25,801 nt of DNA from a virus (Duplodnaviria > Heunggongvirae > Uroviricota > Caudoviricetes), in IMG/VR virus record IMGVR_UViG_2693429554_000019. One strand, written 5' to 3'. Position 1 is the stretch's first letter. Each line of letters opens with the position of its first letter. The position numbers and the translations under genes were made by a program. This document shows, in pieces, positions 16,062-24,365 of this stretch. A model generated the notes under the pieces. It had not been told where the DNA came from, did not search any database, and saw only the letters and a program-made list of their open reading frames with translations.

Positions 16062-16895
16062 ATGACAGTGAAAGCAAAGCGTTTTCGCATCGGGGTGGAA
16101 GGTGCCACCACCGACGGACGCGAAATCCAGCGTGAATGGCTGGAACAGATGGCAGCCAGCTATAACCCGGCGGTGTATACCGCGCTGATTAACCTTGAGC
16201 ACATCAAGTCTTATCTGCCGGACAGCACCTTTAACCGCTACGGCAAGGTGACGGCGCTGTTTGCTGAAGAAATCACGGAAGGTCCGCTGGCAGGCAAGAT
16301 GGCGCTGTATGCCGACGTTGAGCCAACGGAGTCCCTGGTGGAGCTGGTGAAAAAAGGCCAGAAATTATTCACCTCTATGGAAGTCAGCCCGAAGTTCGCT
16401 GATACGGGCAAAGCCTACCTGGTCGGCCTGGCTGCCACTGATGACCCTGCCAGTCTGGGCACTGAAATGCTGACATTCAGCGCCAGTGCAGCCCATAACC
16501 CGCTGGCAAACCGCAAGCAGAATCCCGCCAATCTCTTTACCGCCGCAGAGGAAACGGTGATCGAACTGGAAGAAGTCCAGGACGACAAACCGTCCCTGTT
16601 TGCCCGCGTCACGGCGCTGTTTACCAAAAAAGAGCAGTCCGATGACGCCCGGTTCTCTGATGTGCATAAGGCCGTGGAGCTGGTCGCCACTGAGCAGCAG
16701 AACCTGAGCGCACGCACCGAAAAATCCCTGTCTGAGCAGGAAGAACGTCTGTCTGAGCTGGAGACTGCCCTGCAGGCACAGCAGACCGCCTTTAACGAAC
16801 TGGTGAATAAGCTGAGTCATGAAGACAGCCGCCAGGACTACCGCCAGCGTGCAACAGGCGGTAACGCCCCCGCTGACACTCTGACCAATTGCTGA
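16062..16895 (+). CDS. O: Capsid scaffolding protein (P2 gpO-like)
   Basis: 277 aa, first gene of the rightward late operon; GGAG 8 nt upstream of the ATG. Order O-N-M-L is conserved. Confidence 0.85.
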   Translation: MTVKAKRFRIGVEGATTDGREIQREWLEQMAASYNPAVYTALINLEHIKSYLPDSTFNRYGKVTALFAEEITEGPLAGKMALYADVEPTESLVELVKKGQKLFTSMEVSPKFADTGKAYLVGLAATDDPASLGTEMLTFSASAAHNPLANRKQNPANLFTAAEETVIELEEVQDDKPSLFARVTALFTKKEQSDDARFSDVHKAVELVATEQQNLSARTEKSLSEQEERLSELETALQAQQTAFNELVNKLSHEDSRQDYRQRATGGNAPADTLTNC

Positions 16896-16911
16896 TGGAG
16901 CACAAAACCCG

Positions 16912-17970
16912 ATGAAGAAGAATACCCGCTTTGCTTTTAACGCTTACCTGCAGCAGCTGGCGCGTCTGAACGGTGTGGCAGTTGAAGAACTGTCCAGCAA
17001 ATTCACTGTGGAGCCGTCTGTGCAGCAGACGCTGGAGGACCAGATCCAGCAGTCCGCCGCTTTCCTGACGCTGATTAACGTCACGCCAGTGACTGAGCAG
17101 TCCGGTCAGCTGCTGGGGCTGGGTGTTGGCAGCACCATTGCCGGAACCACTGACACCACCGCGAAAGAGCGTGAACCCGTCGATCCGACCCTGATGGTCG
17201 ATGTGGAATATAAATGCGAGCAGACCAACTTTGACACGGTGCTGACCTACGCGAAGCTGGATCTGTGGGCGAAGTTTCAGGATTTCCAGGTGCGCATCCG
17301 TGACGCCATCGTGAAACGTCAGGCACTGGACCGCATCATGATCGGCTTTAACGGCGTGAAGCGTGCGAAAACCTCCAACCGTAGCGAAAACCCGCTGCTG
17401 CAGGATGTGAACAAAGGCTGGCTGCAGAAAATCCGTGAGGATGCACCGGATCACGTCATGGGCAGCACCACCACGGGCGGTGAAACCACTCCGGGTGCGG
17501 TGAAAGTCGGGAAAGGTGGCGAATATGCCAACCTGGACGCTGTGGTGATGGATGCCGTCAATGAGCTTATCGACGTGGTTTACCAGGACGATGACGATCT
17601 GGTGGTGATTTGCGGTCGTGAACTGTTGTCTGACAAGTATTTCCCGCTGGTCAACAAAGAGCAGGAAAACAGTGAAAAACTGGCTGCCGATATGATCATC
17701 AGCCAGAAACGCATGGGTGGCCTGCAGGCCGTGCGTGCGCCGTTCTTCCCGCCGAATGCGCTGCTGATCACCCGTCTGGATAACCTGTCCATCTACTGGC
17801 AGGAAGACACCCGCCGCCGTTCAGTTATCGACAACCCGAAACGTGACCGGATTGAAAACTTTGAATCCGTTAATGAAGCCTATGTGGTTGAGGACTACCG
17901 CTGCGCCGCACTGGTGGAAAACATCCAGATTGGTGATTTCAGCGCCGCCGCAGCCGAAACCGGAGCGTAA
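16912..17970 (+). CDS. N: Major capsid protein (P2 gpN-like)
   Basis: 352 aa. N-terminus RFAFNAYLQQLARLNG...KFTVEPSVQQTL parallels P2 gpN (RFKFNAYL...KFTVEPSVTQTL). Confidence 0.9.
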   Translation: MKKNTRFAFNAYLQQLARLNGVAVEELSSKFTVEPSVQQTLEDQIQQSAAFLTLINVTPVTEQSGQLLGLGVGSTIAGTTDTTAKEREPVDPTLMVDVEYKCEQTNFDTVLTYAKLDLWAKFQDFQVRIRDAIVKRQALDRIMIGFNGVKRAKTSNRSENPLLQDVNKGWLQKIREDAPDHVMGSTTTGGETTPGAVKVGKGGEYANLDAVVMDAVNELIDVVYQDDDDLVVICGRELLSDKYFPLVNKEQENSEKLAADMIISQKRMGGLQAVRAPFFPPNALLITRLDNLSIYWQEDTRRRSVIDNPKRDRIENFESVNEAYVVEDYRCAALVENIQIGDFSAAAAETGA

Positions 17971-17973
17971 TCC

Positions 17974-18624
17974 ATGAGCCTGAGTCCCGCACGGCAGCAT
18001 CGCCTGCGCGTTCAGGCTGAACAGGCCGCCCGCGAGGGCGGCAGTGTTCGCCACGCATCGGGCTATGACCTGATGCTGCTGCAACTGGCGGAAGACCGCC
18101 GCCGTCTCAAGGGCGTTCAGTCCACGGTCAAAAAAGCGGAAATCAAGGTGGAGCTGCTGCCGAAGTACGCCGCCTGGGCAGAGGGTGTCCTGGCTGCCGG
18201 AGGCGCTCAACAGGATGACGTGCTGATGTACGTGATGCTGTGGCGCATTGATGCCGGAGATTATGCCGGGGCGCTGGAGATCGGGCGTCATGCCCTGCGT
18301 CATGGCTGGGTGATGCCGCTGGGTAACCGCAACGTGCAGACCGTGCTGGCAGAGGAAATGGCAGACGCCGCGCAGAGCGCAATGCTTGCCGCCACCGGCT
18401 TTGATGCCGATCTGTTGTTGCAGACGCTGGAGCTGACAGACGGTCTGGATATGCCGGACCAGTCACGGGCGCGTCTGCATAAAGCGATTGGCGCTGTCCT
18501 GAGTGAAAGCAATCCGGCTTCCGCCCTTAATCATCTCAACCATGCGTTACAGCTTGATCCCCGCTGTGGCGTGAAAAAAGACAAACAGCAGCTGGAGCGC
18601 AGACTGCGCAATGACAGCCGCTGA
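17974..18624 (+). CDS. M: Terminase small/endonuclease subunit (P2 gpM-like)
   Basis: 216 aa immediately after N; GGAG 8 nt upstream of the ATG. Called by position in the conserved order. Confidence 0.8.
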   Translation: MSLSPARQHRLRVQAEQAAREGGSVRHASGYDLMLLQLAEDRRRLKGVQSTVKKAEIKVELLPKYAAWAEGVLAAGGAQQDDVLMYVMLWRIDAGDYAGALEIGRHALRHGWVMPLGNRNVQTVLAEEMADAAQSAMLAATGFDADLLLQTLELTDGLDMPDQSRARLHKAIGAVLSESNPASALNHLNHALQLDPRCGVKKDKQQLERRLRNDSR

Positions 18625-18719
18625 CAGAACGTGCCCCCGCGCACGGGCGGCACGGGGTGGCGAAAGGCACTGCCACATCAAAACCCCGTCCACCGCCCTC
18701 TATTTCAGGAGAAAGCAGC

Positions 18720-19184
18720 ATGAAGTTTGTTGCGCCAGAACAGGCACCGGAACAGGCGGAAATCATCAGAAATACGCCGTTCTGGCCTGATGTGGACCTG
18801 TCGGAGTTTCGCAGTGTCATGCGCACTGACGGCACGGTGACGCAGCCGCGTTTAAAGCAGGTTGCGCTGTCGGCAATTTCGGAGGTCAACGCAGAGCTGT
18901 ATGAGTTTCGCAGACGTCAGCAGATGCTGGGGTATGTGTCGCTGGCTGAGGTTCCGGCGGAACAGCTGGACGGCAAAAGTGAGCGCATTCAGCACTATTT
19001 CAACGCGGTTTACTGCTGGGCACGCGCCATGCTCAACGAACGATACCAGGACTATGACGCCACGGCATCCGGTGTGAAGCGAGGCGAGGAACTGGCGGAA
19101 TCCAGCGGTGATTTGTGGCGTGACGCCCGCTGGGCCATCAGCCGGGTGCAGGATGCGCCGCACTGCACAGTGGAGCTTATCTGA
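18720..19184 (+). CDS. L: Head completion/stabilisation protein (P2 gpL-like)
   Basis: ATG at 18720 with CAGGAGAAAG upstream (the track start at 18657 is an extension). Stop overlaps the X start. Confidence 0.8.
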   Translation: MKFVAPEQAPEQAEIIRNTPFWPDVDLSEFRSVMRTDGTVTQPRLKQVALSAISEVNAELYEFRRRQQMLGYVSLAEVPAEQLDGKSERIQHYFNAVYCWARAMLNERYQDYDATASGVKRGEELAESSGDLWRDARWAISRVQDAPHCTVELI

Positions 19185-19387
19185 TGAAAGTGCGTGCGCA
19201 TCAGTATGACACGGTGGACGCGCTTTGCTGGCGTCATTACGGGCGCACGCAGGGTGTCACGGAGCAGGTACTGAAGGCAAATCCGGGGCTTGCCGAATAT
19301 GGCCCCTTTTTACCTCACGGGCTGCAGGTGGAGCTGCCGGACATTCCGACCACCACCACCGTGCAGACCGTCCAGCTATGGGACTGA
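19184..19387 (+). CDS. X: Tail protein X (P2 gpX-like)
   Basis: 67 aa, the same length as P2 X; sits between L and the lysis genes. Confidence 0.8.
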   Translation: MKVRAHQYDTVDALCWRHYGRTQGVTEQVLKANPGLAEYGPFLPHGLQVELPDIPTTTTVQTVQLWD

Positions 19388-19390
19388 ATT

Positions 19391-19606
19391 ATGACGCTTG
19401 AGCGAATCAGCGCCTTTATCACGTACTGCATCGCCGTTGTGCTGGCCTGGCTGGGCGATTTGTCCATCAAGGATGCCTCAACGCTGGGCGGCCTGATGAT
19501 TGGTGTGCTGATGCTGGCTATCAACTGGTACTACAAACACAAAGCCTACCAGCTTCTGCGCGACGGGCAGATCTCGCGGGAGGACTATGAATCCATCAAT
19601 CGTTAA
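19391..19606 (+). CDS. Holin, small two-TMD type (pinholin-like)
   Basis: 71 aa with two hydrophobic segments (ISAFITYCIAVVLAWLGDL and LGGLMIGVLMLAINWYY) and a charged C-terminus. Directly upstream of, and overlapping, the endolysin gene. Confidence 0.75.
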   Translation: MTLERISAFITYCIAVVLAWLGDLSIKDASTLGGLMIGVLMLAINWYYKHKAYQLLRDGQISREDYESINR

Positions 19607-20099
19607 ACGCTGCCTTGTCGGGGCCGTGCTGGCTATTGCTGCCACGCTGCCGGGGTTTCAGCAGCTTCACACCTCCGTGGAGGGGCTGAAACTGATTGCC
19701 GATTACGAAGGCTGTCGTCTGCAGCCGTATCAGTGCAGCGCGGGCGTCTGGACCGACGGCATTGGTAACACGTCAGGCGTCATTCCCGGCAAAACCATTA
19801 CGGAACGACAGGCAGCAGAAGGACTGATTTCCAACGTGCTGCGTGTGGAGCGAGCGCTGGAAAGGTGTGTGAAACAACAGCCGCCGCAGAAGGTATATGA
19901 CGCTGCGGTGTCGTTTGCCTTCAACGTGGGAACGGGCAATGCCTGCAGTTCCACGCTGGTGAAATTACTCAATCAGCGGCGCTGGGCGGATGCGTGCCGA
20001 CAGTTGCCGCGCTGGGTTTATGTGAAAGGTGTGTTTAATCAGGGGCTGGATAACCGCCGTGCGCGGGAGATGGCCTGGTGTTTACAGGGAGCAAACTGA
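19587..20099 (+). CDS. SAR endolysin (T4-lysozyme fold, P1 Lyz type with regulatory cysteines)
   Basis: N-terminal signal-anchor-release-like segment VKRCLVGAVLAIAATLPG. Catalytic region YEGCRLQPYQCSAGVWTDGIGNT closely parallels P1 Lyz (EGCRRDPYMCPAGVWTDGIGNT), including Cys at E+2 and E+9 plus a Cys in the SAR segment. GGAGG upstream of the ATG. Confidence 0.85.
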   Translation: MNPSIVKRCLVGAVLAIAATLPGFQQLHTSVEGLKLIADYEGCRLQPYQCSAGVWTDGIGNTSGVIPGKTITERQAAEGLISNVLRVERALERCVKQQPPQKVYDAAVSFAFNVGTGNACSSTLVKLLNQRRWADACRQLPRWVYVKGVFNQGLDNRRAREMAWCLQGAN

Positions 20100-20100
20100 A

Positions 20101-20478
20101 ATGAAAAAGAAATTAATCAGCGGGCTGTTTCTGATGTTATGGATGGCGCTGTTAATCGCAGCAATGGTGTATCCGCAGGGGATTTTTCCGGTACTGGCAG
20201 CGTCCGGCGTTTGGGTAGCCTGTTTACTGACATGGGCGGTAATTCCGGTAGCACTGGCTGCGTTAATTAAGAATGGCCCGCTCTGGCAGGAGTTGAGGGC
20301 ATCTTTGCTGAAGACCATTACCCGAAAAGAAAACGTATTTATCAGCTGGGTGATGCGATTGCTGATTGTCGTAAGTCTCGCCTGGACGGGGTGGGCTATT
20401 ACCCTGGTCTTTTATCTACTGACCGTTATTGCCTTCTGGATCACCCGTAATCAGATGGCGCAACAGGTAGCAGCATGA
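20101..20478 (+). CDS. lysA: LysA-like membrane protein (lysis timing)
   Basis: ATG at 20101 after GGGAG. About 125 aa with four hydrophobic segments. Position after the endolysin as in P2. Confidence 0.7.
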   Translation: MKKKLISGLFLMLWMALLIAAMVYPQGIFPVLAASGVWVACLLTWAVIPVALAALIKNGPLWQELRASLLKTITRKENVFISWVMRLLIVVSLAWTGWAITLVFYLLTVIAFWITRNQMAQQVAA

Positions 20479-20903
20479 ACCGGTTGCTGCTGGTTATGCT
20501 GGCGTTATTACTGGCGGCGCTGGGCTGGCAGACGTGGCGGCTGGCTGATGCCAGCCAGACCATCAGCACGCAGGCAGACGAGCTGCAGAGCAAAAGCCAG
20601 GCACTGGCAAAGAGCAACAGCCAGCTTATCAGCCTGTCCATTCTGACTGAAACCAATAACCGGGAGCAGGCGCGGCTCTATGCCGAAGCAGAACAGACCA
20701 GCGCGCTGCTGAGACAACGACAACACCGGATAGAGGAACTGAAACGTGAGAACGAGGATTTACGCCGCTGGGCTGATACTCCTTTGCCTGCTGACATTAT
20801 CCGGCTGCGGGAACGTCCGACGCTCACCGGAGGTGCAGCTTACCGTCAGTGGTTGTCCGCGAGTGACGCCGTGTCGGCTGGATCAGGCAGCGCCGCGCAC
20901 TAA
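20475..20903 (+). CDS. lysB: LysB / Rz-like inner-membrane spanin (i-spanin)
   Basis: N-terminal TMD MNRLLLVMLALLLAALGW followed by a Gln/Glu/Arg-rich coiled-coil-like region. ATGA overlap with LysA. Confidence 0.75.
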   Translation: MNRLLLVMLALLLAALGWQTWRLADASQTISTQADELQSKSQALAKSNSQLISLSILTETNNREQARLYAEAEQTSALLRQRQHRIEELKRENEDLRRWADTPLPADIIRLRERPTLTGGAAYRQWLSASDAVSAGSGSAAH

Positions 20904-21036
20904 CGGTGATCTGAACGCGTTGCTGGATGAAACGGAGGCCGCCTGGGCGGTCTGTGCAGACAAAGTGGACATGATTATTGCGTGTCAGGAGCGAAACAGT
21001 GAACAAACCACAATCCCTGCGCCACGCCCTCAATAA
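20746..21036 (+). CDS. lysC: LysC / Rz1-like outer-membrane lipoprotein spanin (o-spanin), overlapping the 3' end of lysB
   Basis: GTG start at 20746 with GAGG upstream. Lipobox LTLSGC after a hydrophobic signal. Begins inside lysB in a different frame and extends past its stop. Confidence 0.65.
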   Translation: MRTRIYAAGLILLCLLTLSGCGNVRRSPEVQLTVSGCPRVTPCRLDQAAPRTNGDLNALLDETEAAWAVCADKVDMIIACQERNSEQTTIPAPRPQ

Positions 21037-21430
21037 AGCGGTGCCTTATGTCCGCAATAACCCGGACAAACTGCATCTGTTTGTGGATAACGGTTCGCTG
21101 GTTGCCACGGGGGCCGGCTCCATGTCATGGGAGTACCGTTACACCCTGAACGCGGTGATTGAGGATTTCAGCGGGGACCAGAATCTGCTGATGGCCCCGG
21201 TTTTGCTGTGGCTGCGGGATAACCAGCCCGATGCCATCAATAATCCGGCGTTACGGGAAAAACTATTCACCTTTGAGGTGGATATTCTGCGCAACGATGT
21301 CTGTGATATCAGCCTTAACCTGCAACTGACGGAGCGTGTGCTGGTCAGCACTGACGGCAGTGTGTCGAGCGTTGAAGCTGTAGCAGAACCCGATGAACCT
21401 GAAGAAATGTGGACGGTGAAACGTGGCTGA
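20999..21430 (+). CDS. R: Tail completion protein R (P2 gpR-like)
   Basis: GTG at 20999 with AGGAG 7 nt upstream. From VNKPQSLRHALNKAV the sequence parallels the P2 gpR N-terminus (MLKPDSLRRALTDAV). The track start at 20978 is TTG. Confidence 0.75.
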   Translation: MNKPQSLRHALNKAVPYVRNNPDKLHLFVDNGSLVATGAGSMSWEYRYTLNAVIEDFSGDQNLLMAPVLLWLRDNQPDAINNPALREKLFTFEVDILRNDVCDISLNLQLTERVLVSTDGSVSSVEAVAEPDEPEEMWTVKRG

Positions 21431-21869
21431 ACTGCAGAAGGTGGACGACTGGCTGAGTGCTTTGCTGGCGAATCTGGAGCCAGCCGCCAGAAGCCGCATG
21501 ATGCGCCAGCTGGCGCAGGAACTGCGCCGGGCACAGCAGCAGAACATCAGGATGCAACGCAATCCTGATGGCAGCAGCTATGAACCGAGGCGAGTAACAG
21601 CACGCAGTAAAAAAGGCCGCATCAAACGGCAGATGTTTACAAAACTTCGCACCAAAAAATACCTGAAAACCGCCGCCAGCACGGATTCTGCCAGCGTGCA
21701 GTTTGAAGGTAAGGTGCAGCGTATTGCCCGCGTTCACCATTACGGCCTGCGTGATCGCGTCAGTCGCAAAGGACCTGAGGTCCGTTACGCAGAGCGTCGT
21801 CTTCTGGGCGTAAATGATGATGTTGAGGCAATGACCCGCGACATGATTCTGCAATGGCTGGCGGGGTGA
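21423..21869 (+). CDS. S: Tail completion / virion morphogenesis protein S (P2 gpS-like)
   Basis: 148 aa after R, with a GTG start overlapping the R stop. Called by position in the conserved R-S-V-W-J-I-H order. Confidence 0.75.
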   Translation: MAELQKVDDWLSALLANLEPAARSRMMRQLAQELRRAQQQNIRMQRNPDGSSYEPRRVTARSKKGRIKRQMFTKLRTKKYLKTAASTDSASVQFEGKVQRIARVHHYGLRDRVSRKGPEVRYAERRLLGVNDDVEAMTRDMILQWLAG

Positions 21870-21873
21870 TCTT

Positions 21874-21891
21874 TGTATCAGCACTGATACA
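21874..21891. promoter_or_regulatory. Candidate late-activator dyad TGT-N12-ACA upstream of V
   Basis: TGTATCAGCACTGATACA: arms TGTATCAG and CTGATACA are exact reverse complements, spacer CA. In the 68-nt S-V gap, centred about 55 nt upstream of the V ATG. Confidence 0.45.
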
Positions 21892-21937
21892 AGTTGCAGC
21901 ACTGCCGCCTTTCTTCCCCTGATGGCAACCTTTCCCT

Positions 21938-22516
21938 ATGAACGCACAATTAACCGAAATCATGCGCCTTATCACCAACCTGATCCGCACTGGGGTAGTC
22001 ACCGAAGTGGACCGGGAGAACTGGCTTTGCCGGGTGAAAACGGGCGACCTTGAAACCAACTGGATCAGCTGGCTGACGCTGCGTGCCGGGAATGCCCGCA
22101 CATGGTGGCGACCATCGGAAGGTGAACAGGTGGTGCTGCTGAGTCTGGGCGGAAATCTTGAAACCGCCTTTGCGCTGCCCGCCATCTATTCGAATCAGTT
22201 CGCACCACCGTCGACGTCGGCGGACGCCTGCGTGACAGAACATCCTGACGGTGGCTGGTTTGAATACGAACCCGCCACCGGGCGCTGGTATGTCAGAGGC
22301 ATCAAATCAATGGTCATTGAGGCCGCTGACAACATCACCTTGAAAACCAGTGAGTTTGTGCTGGAGGCTGACCGCACGCGTATTAACAGCGAAGTGGCGA
22401 TCAATGGTGGCGTTACCCAGGGCGGCGGTGCGATGAGTTCTAACGGGATCGTGGTTGATGCGCATCAGCATACTGGCGTCCTGAAAGGCGGTGATACTAC
22501 CGGAGGCCCGGTTTGA
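21938..22516 (+). CDS. V: Baseplate spike/assembly protein V (P2 gpV-like)
   Basis: 192 aa. N-terminus MNAQLTEIMRLITNLIRTGVVTEVD parallels P2 gpV (MNTLANIQELARALRNMIRTGIIVETD). Confidence 0.85.
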   Translation: MNAQLTEIMRLITNLIRTGVVTEVDRENWLCRVKTGDLETNWISWLTLRAGNARTWWRPSEGEQVVLLSLGGNLETAFALPAIYSNQFAPPSTSADACVTEHPDGGWFEYEPATGRWYVRGIKSMVIEAADNITLKTSEFVLEADRTRINSEVAINGGVTQGGGAMSSNGIVVDAHQHTGVLKGGDTTGGPV

Positions 22517-22872
22517 CGCTTTATATCGGTATGAATAATACCAGCGGTAAAGCCATTACTGATATTGACCATCTGCGCCAGTCGGTGCGGGACATTCTGC
22601 TGACGCCGCAGGGTAGCCGCATTGCCCGTCGGGAATATGGTTCTCTGCTGTCGGCACTGATAGATCAGCCACAAAATCCGGCGTTACGCCTGCAGGTCAT
22701 GTCGGCTGTGTATGTGGCACTGAGTCGCTGGGAGCCACGGCTGATGCTGGATTCCATCACTATTAACAGCAATTTTGACGGTTCAATGGTGGTGGAGCTG
22801 ACCGGGCGGCGGAATAACGGTGTGCCTGTGTCCCTTTCCGTATCAACAGGAGCAGAGAATGGCAGTGATTGA
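22513..22872 (+). CDS. W: Baseplate protein W (P2 gpW / gp25-like)
   Basis: MTLYIGMNNTSGKAITDIDHLRQSVRDILLTPQGSRIARREYGSLL parallels P2 gpW (MTARYLGMNR...DILRTPVGSRVMRRDYGSLL). The track start at 22513 is TTG overlapping the V stop; an ATG at 22531 is an alternative. Confidence 0.8.
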   Translation: MTLYIGMNNTSGKAITDIDHLRQSVRDILLTPQGSRIARREYGSLLSALIDQPQNPALRLQVMSAVYVALSRWEPRLMLDSITINSNFDGSMVVELTGRRNNGVPVSLSVSTGAENGSD

Positions 22873-23767
22873 CCTTTCGCAGTTGCCTGCACCGCAGATT
22901 GTGGATGTGCCGGACTTTGAGACGCTGCTTGCCGAACGCAAGGCAGAATTTGTGGCGCTTCATCCGAAAGATGAGCAGGAAGCAGTGATCCGCACGCTGG
23001 AACTGGAATCTGAACCAGTCACCAAATTGTTGCAGGAGAACGCTTACCGTGAGTTGCTTCTGCGCCAGCGCATTAACGAAGCCGCGCAGGCGGTGATGGT
23101 GGCTTACGCGATGGGCGGCGATCTTGACCAGCTCGCTGCCAACTACAACGTGAAACGCCTGACGGTGACGCCTGCTGATAATGACGCTGTGCCGCCCGTT
23201 GCGGCTGTGATGGAAAGCGATGAAGCGTTACGCCTGCGTGTGCCTGCAGCCTTTGAAGGGCTTTCGGTTGCGGGGCCAACTGCCGCTTATGAATTTCATG
23301 CCCGAAGCGCCGACGGTCGGGTGGCGGATGCCAGTGCAACCAGCCCGGCACCTGCAGAGGTGGTGCTGACTGTCCTTAGCCGCGAAGGCGACGGAACTGC
23401 AGAAAAAGACTTGCTGGATGTGGTGGAGAACGCCCTGAACAGTGAGAACGTCCGCCCGGTGGCTGACCGTCTGACGGTTCGCAGCGCAGAAATCATCCCG
23501 TACCGAGTGGAAGCCACCATTTTTCTTTATCCGGGACCGGAAGCAGAGCCGGTAATGGCAGCGGCAAAAGCCAGCCTGCAGAAGTACATCGCCAGTCAGA
23601 CGCGTCTTGGTCGGGATATTCGCCGTAGCGCCATCTTTGCCGCCCTGCATGTTGAGGGTGTGCAGCGTGTGGAGCTGGCTTCCCCTCTGGCGGATGTGGT
23701 CCTGAACAAAACACAGGCGGCATCATGTACGCAGTGGAGCGTAACCAACGGAGGAACGGATGAATAG
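22859..23767 (+). CDS. J: Baseplate assembly protein J (P2 gpJ-like)
   Basis: ATG at 22859 with GGAGCAGAG upstream; about 302 aa. Position between W and I. Confidence 0.85.
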   Translation: MAVIDLSQLPAPQIVDVPDFETLLAERKAEFVALHPKDEQEAVIRTLELESEPVTKLLQENAYRELLLRQRINEAAQAVMVAYAMGGDLDQLAANYNVKRLTVTPADNDAVPPVAAVMESDEALRLRVPAAFEGLSVAGPTAAYEFHARSADGRVADASATSPAPAEVVLTVLSREGDGTAEKDLLDVVENALNSENVRPVADRLTVRSAEIIPYRVEATIFLYPGPEAEPVMAAAKASLQKYIASQTRLGRDIRRSAIFAALHVEGVQRVELASPLADVVLNKTQAASCTQWSVTNGGTDE

Positions 23768-24365
23768 TCTGCTGCCACCGGGTTCAACGCCACTGGAGCG
23801 CCGACTGGCGCAAGCGTGCAGCGGGATTTCTGATTTGCAGGTGCCGCTGCGTGACCTGTGGGATCCGGCGACCTGTCCGGTCAGTTTCCTGCCTTATCTC
23901 GCCTGGGCGTTCTCTGTGGATCGCTGGGACGAGGGCTGGACAGAAAGCGTCAAGCGCCAGGTGGTGAAGGATGCTTTTTATATTCATCAGCATAAAGGAA
24001 CCACCAGTGCCGTGCGGCGGGTGGTGGAGCCGTTCGGCTTCCTGATCCGCATTATTGAGTGGTGGCAGACTGGAGAAACACCGGGCACGTTTCGCCTGGA
24101 CATCGGCGTGCAGGACCAGGGCATCACTGAAGATACCTATCTGGAACTTGAGCGGCTGATAAGCGATGCCAAACCATGTAGCCGTCACATGATCGGCATG
24201 TCCATCAATCTGCAAACTAGTGGCCCGCACTGGGTAGGGGCCGCCAGCTATCTTGGTGAAGAAATCACGATCTATCCGTATATCAACGAAACAATTATTT
24301 CTGGCGGCACCGCGCATGAAGGCGGGGCGGTCCATGTTATTGACACAATGAGAGTGAATCCATGA
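23760..24365 (+). CDS. I: Tail protein I (P2 gpI-like)
   Basis: 201 aa. GGAGG 5 nt upstream of the ATG. Overlaps the J stop and the H start. Confidence 0.85.
   Translation: MNSLLPPGSTPLERRLAQACSGISDLQVPLRDLWDPATCPVSFLPYLAWAFSVDRWDEGWTESVKRQVVKDAFYIHQHKGTTSAVRRVVEPFGFLIRIIEWWQTGETPGTFRLDIGVQDQGITEDTYLELERLISDAKPCSRHMIGMSINLQTSGPHWVGAASYLGEEITIYPYINETIISGGTAHEGGAVHVIDTMRVNP

Noticed and set aside
16365-17454. Antisense ORFs inside the scaffold and capsid genes (16365-16820 and 16792-17454, minus strand)
   Set aside because: Same reasoning: high-GC antisense frames inside conserved structural genes.
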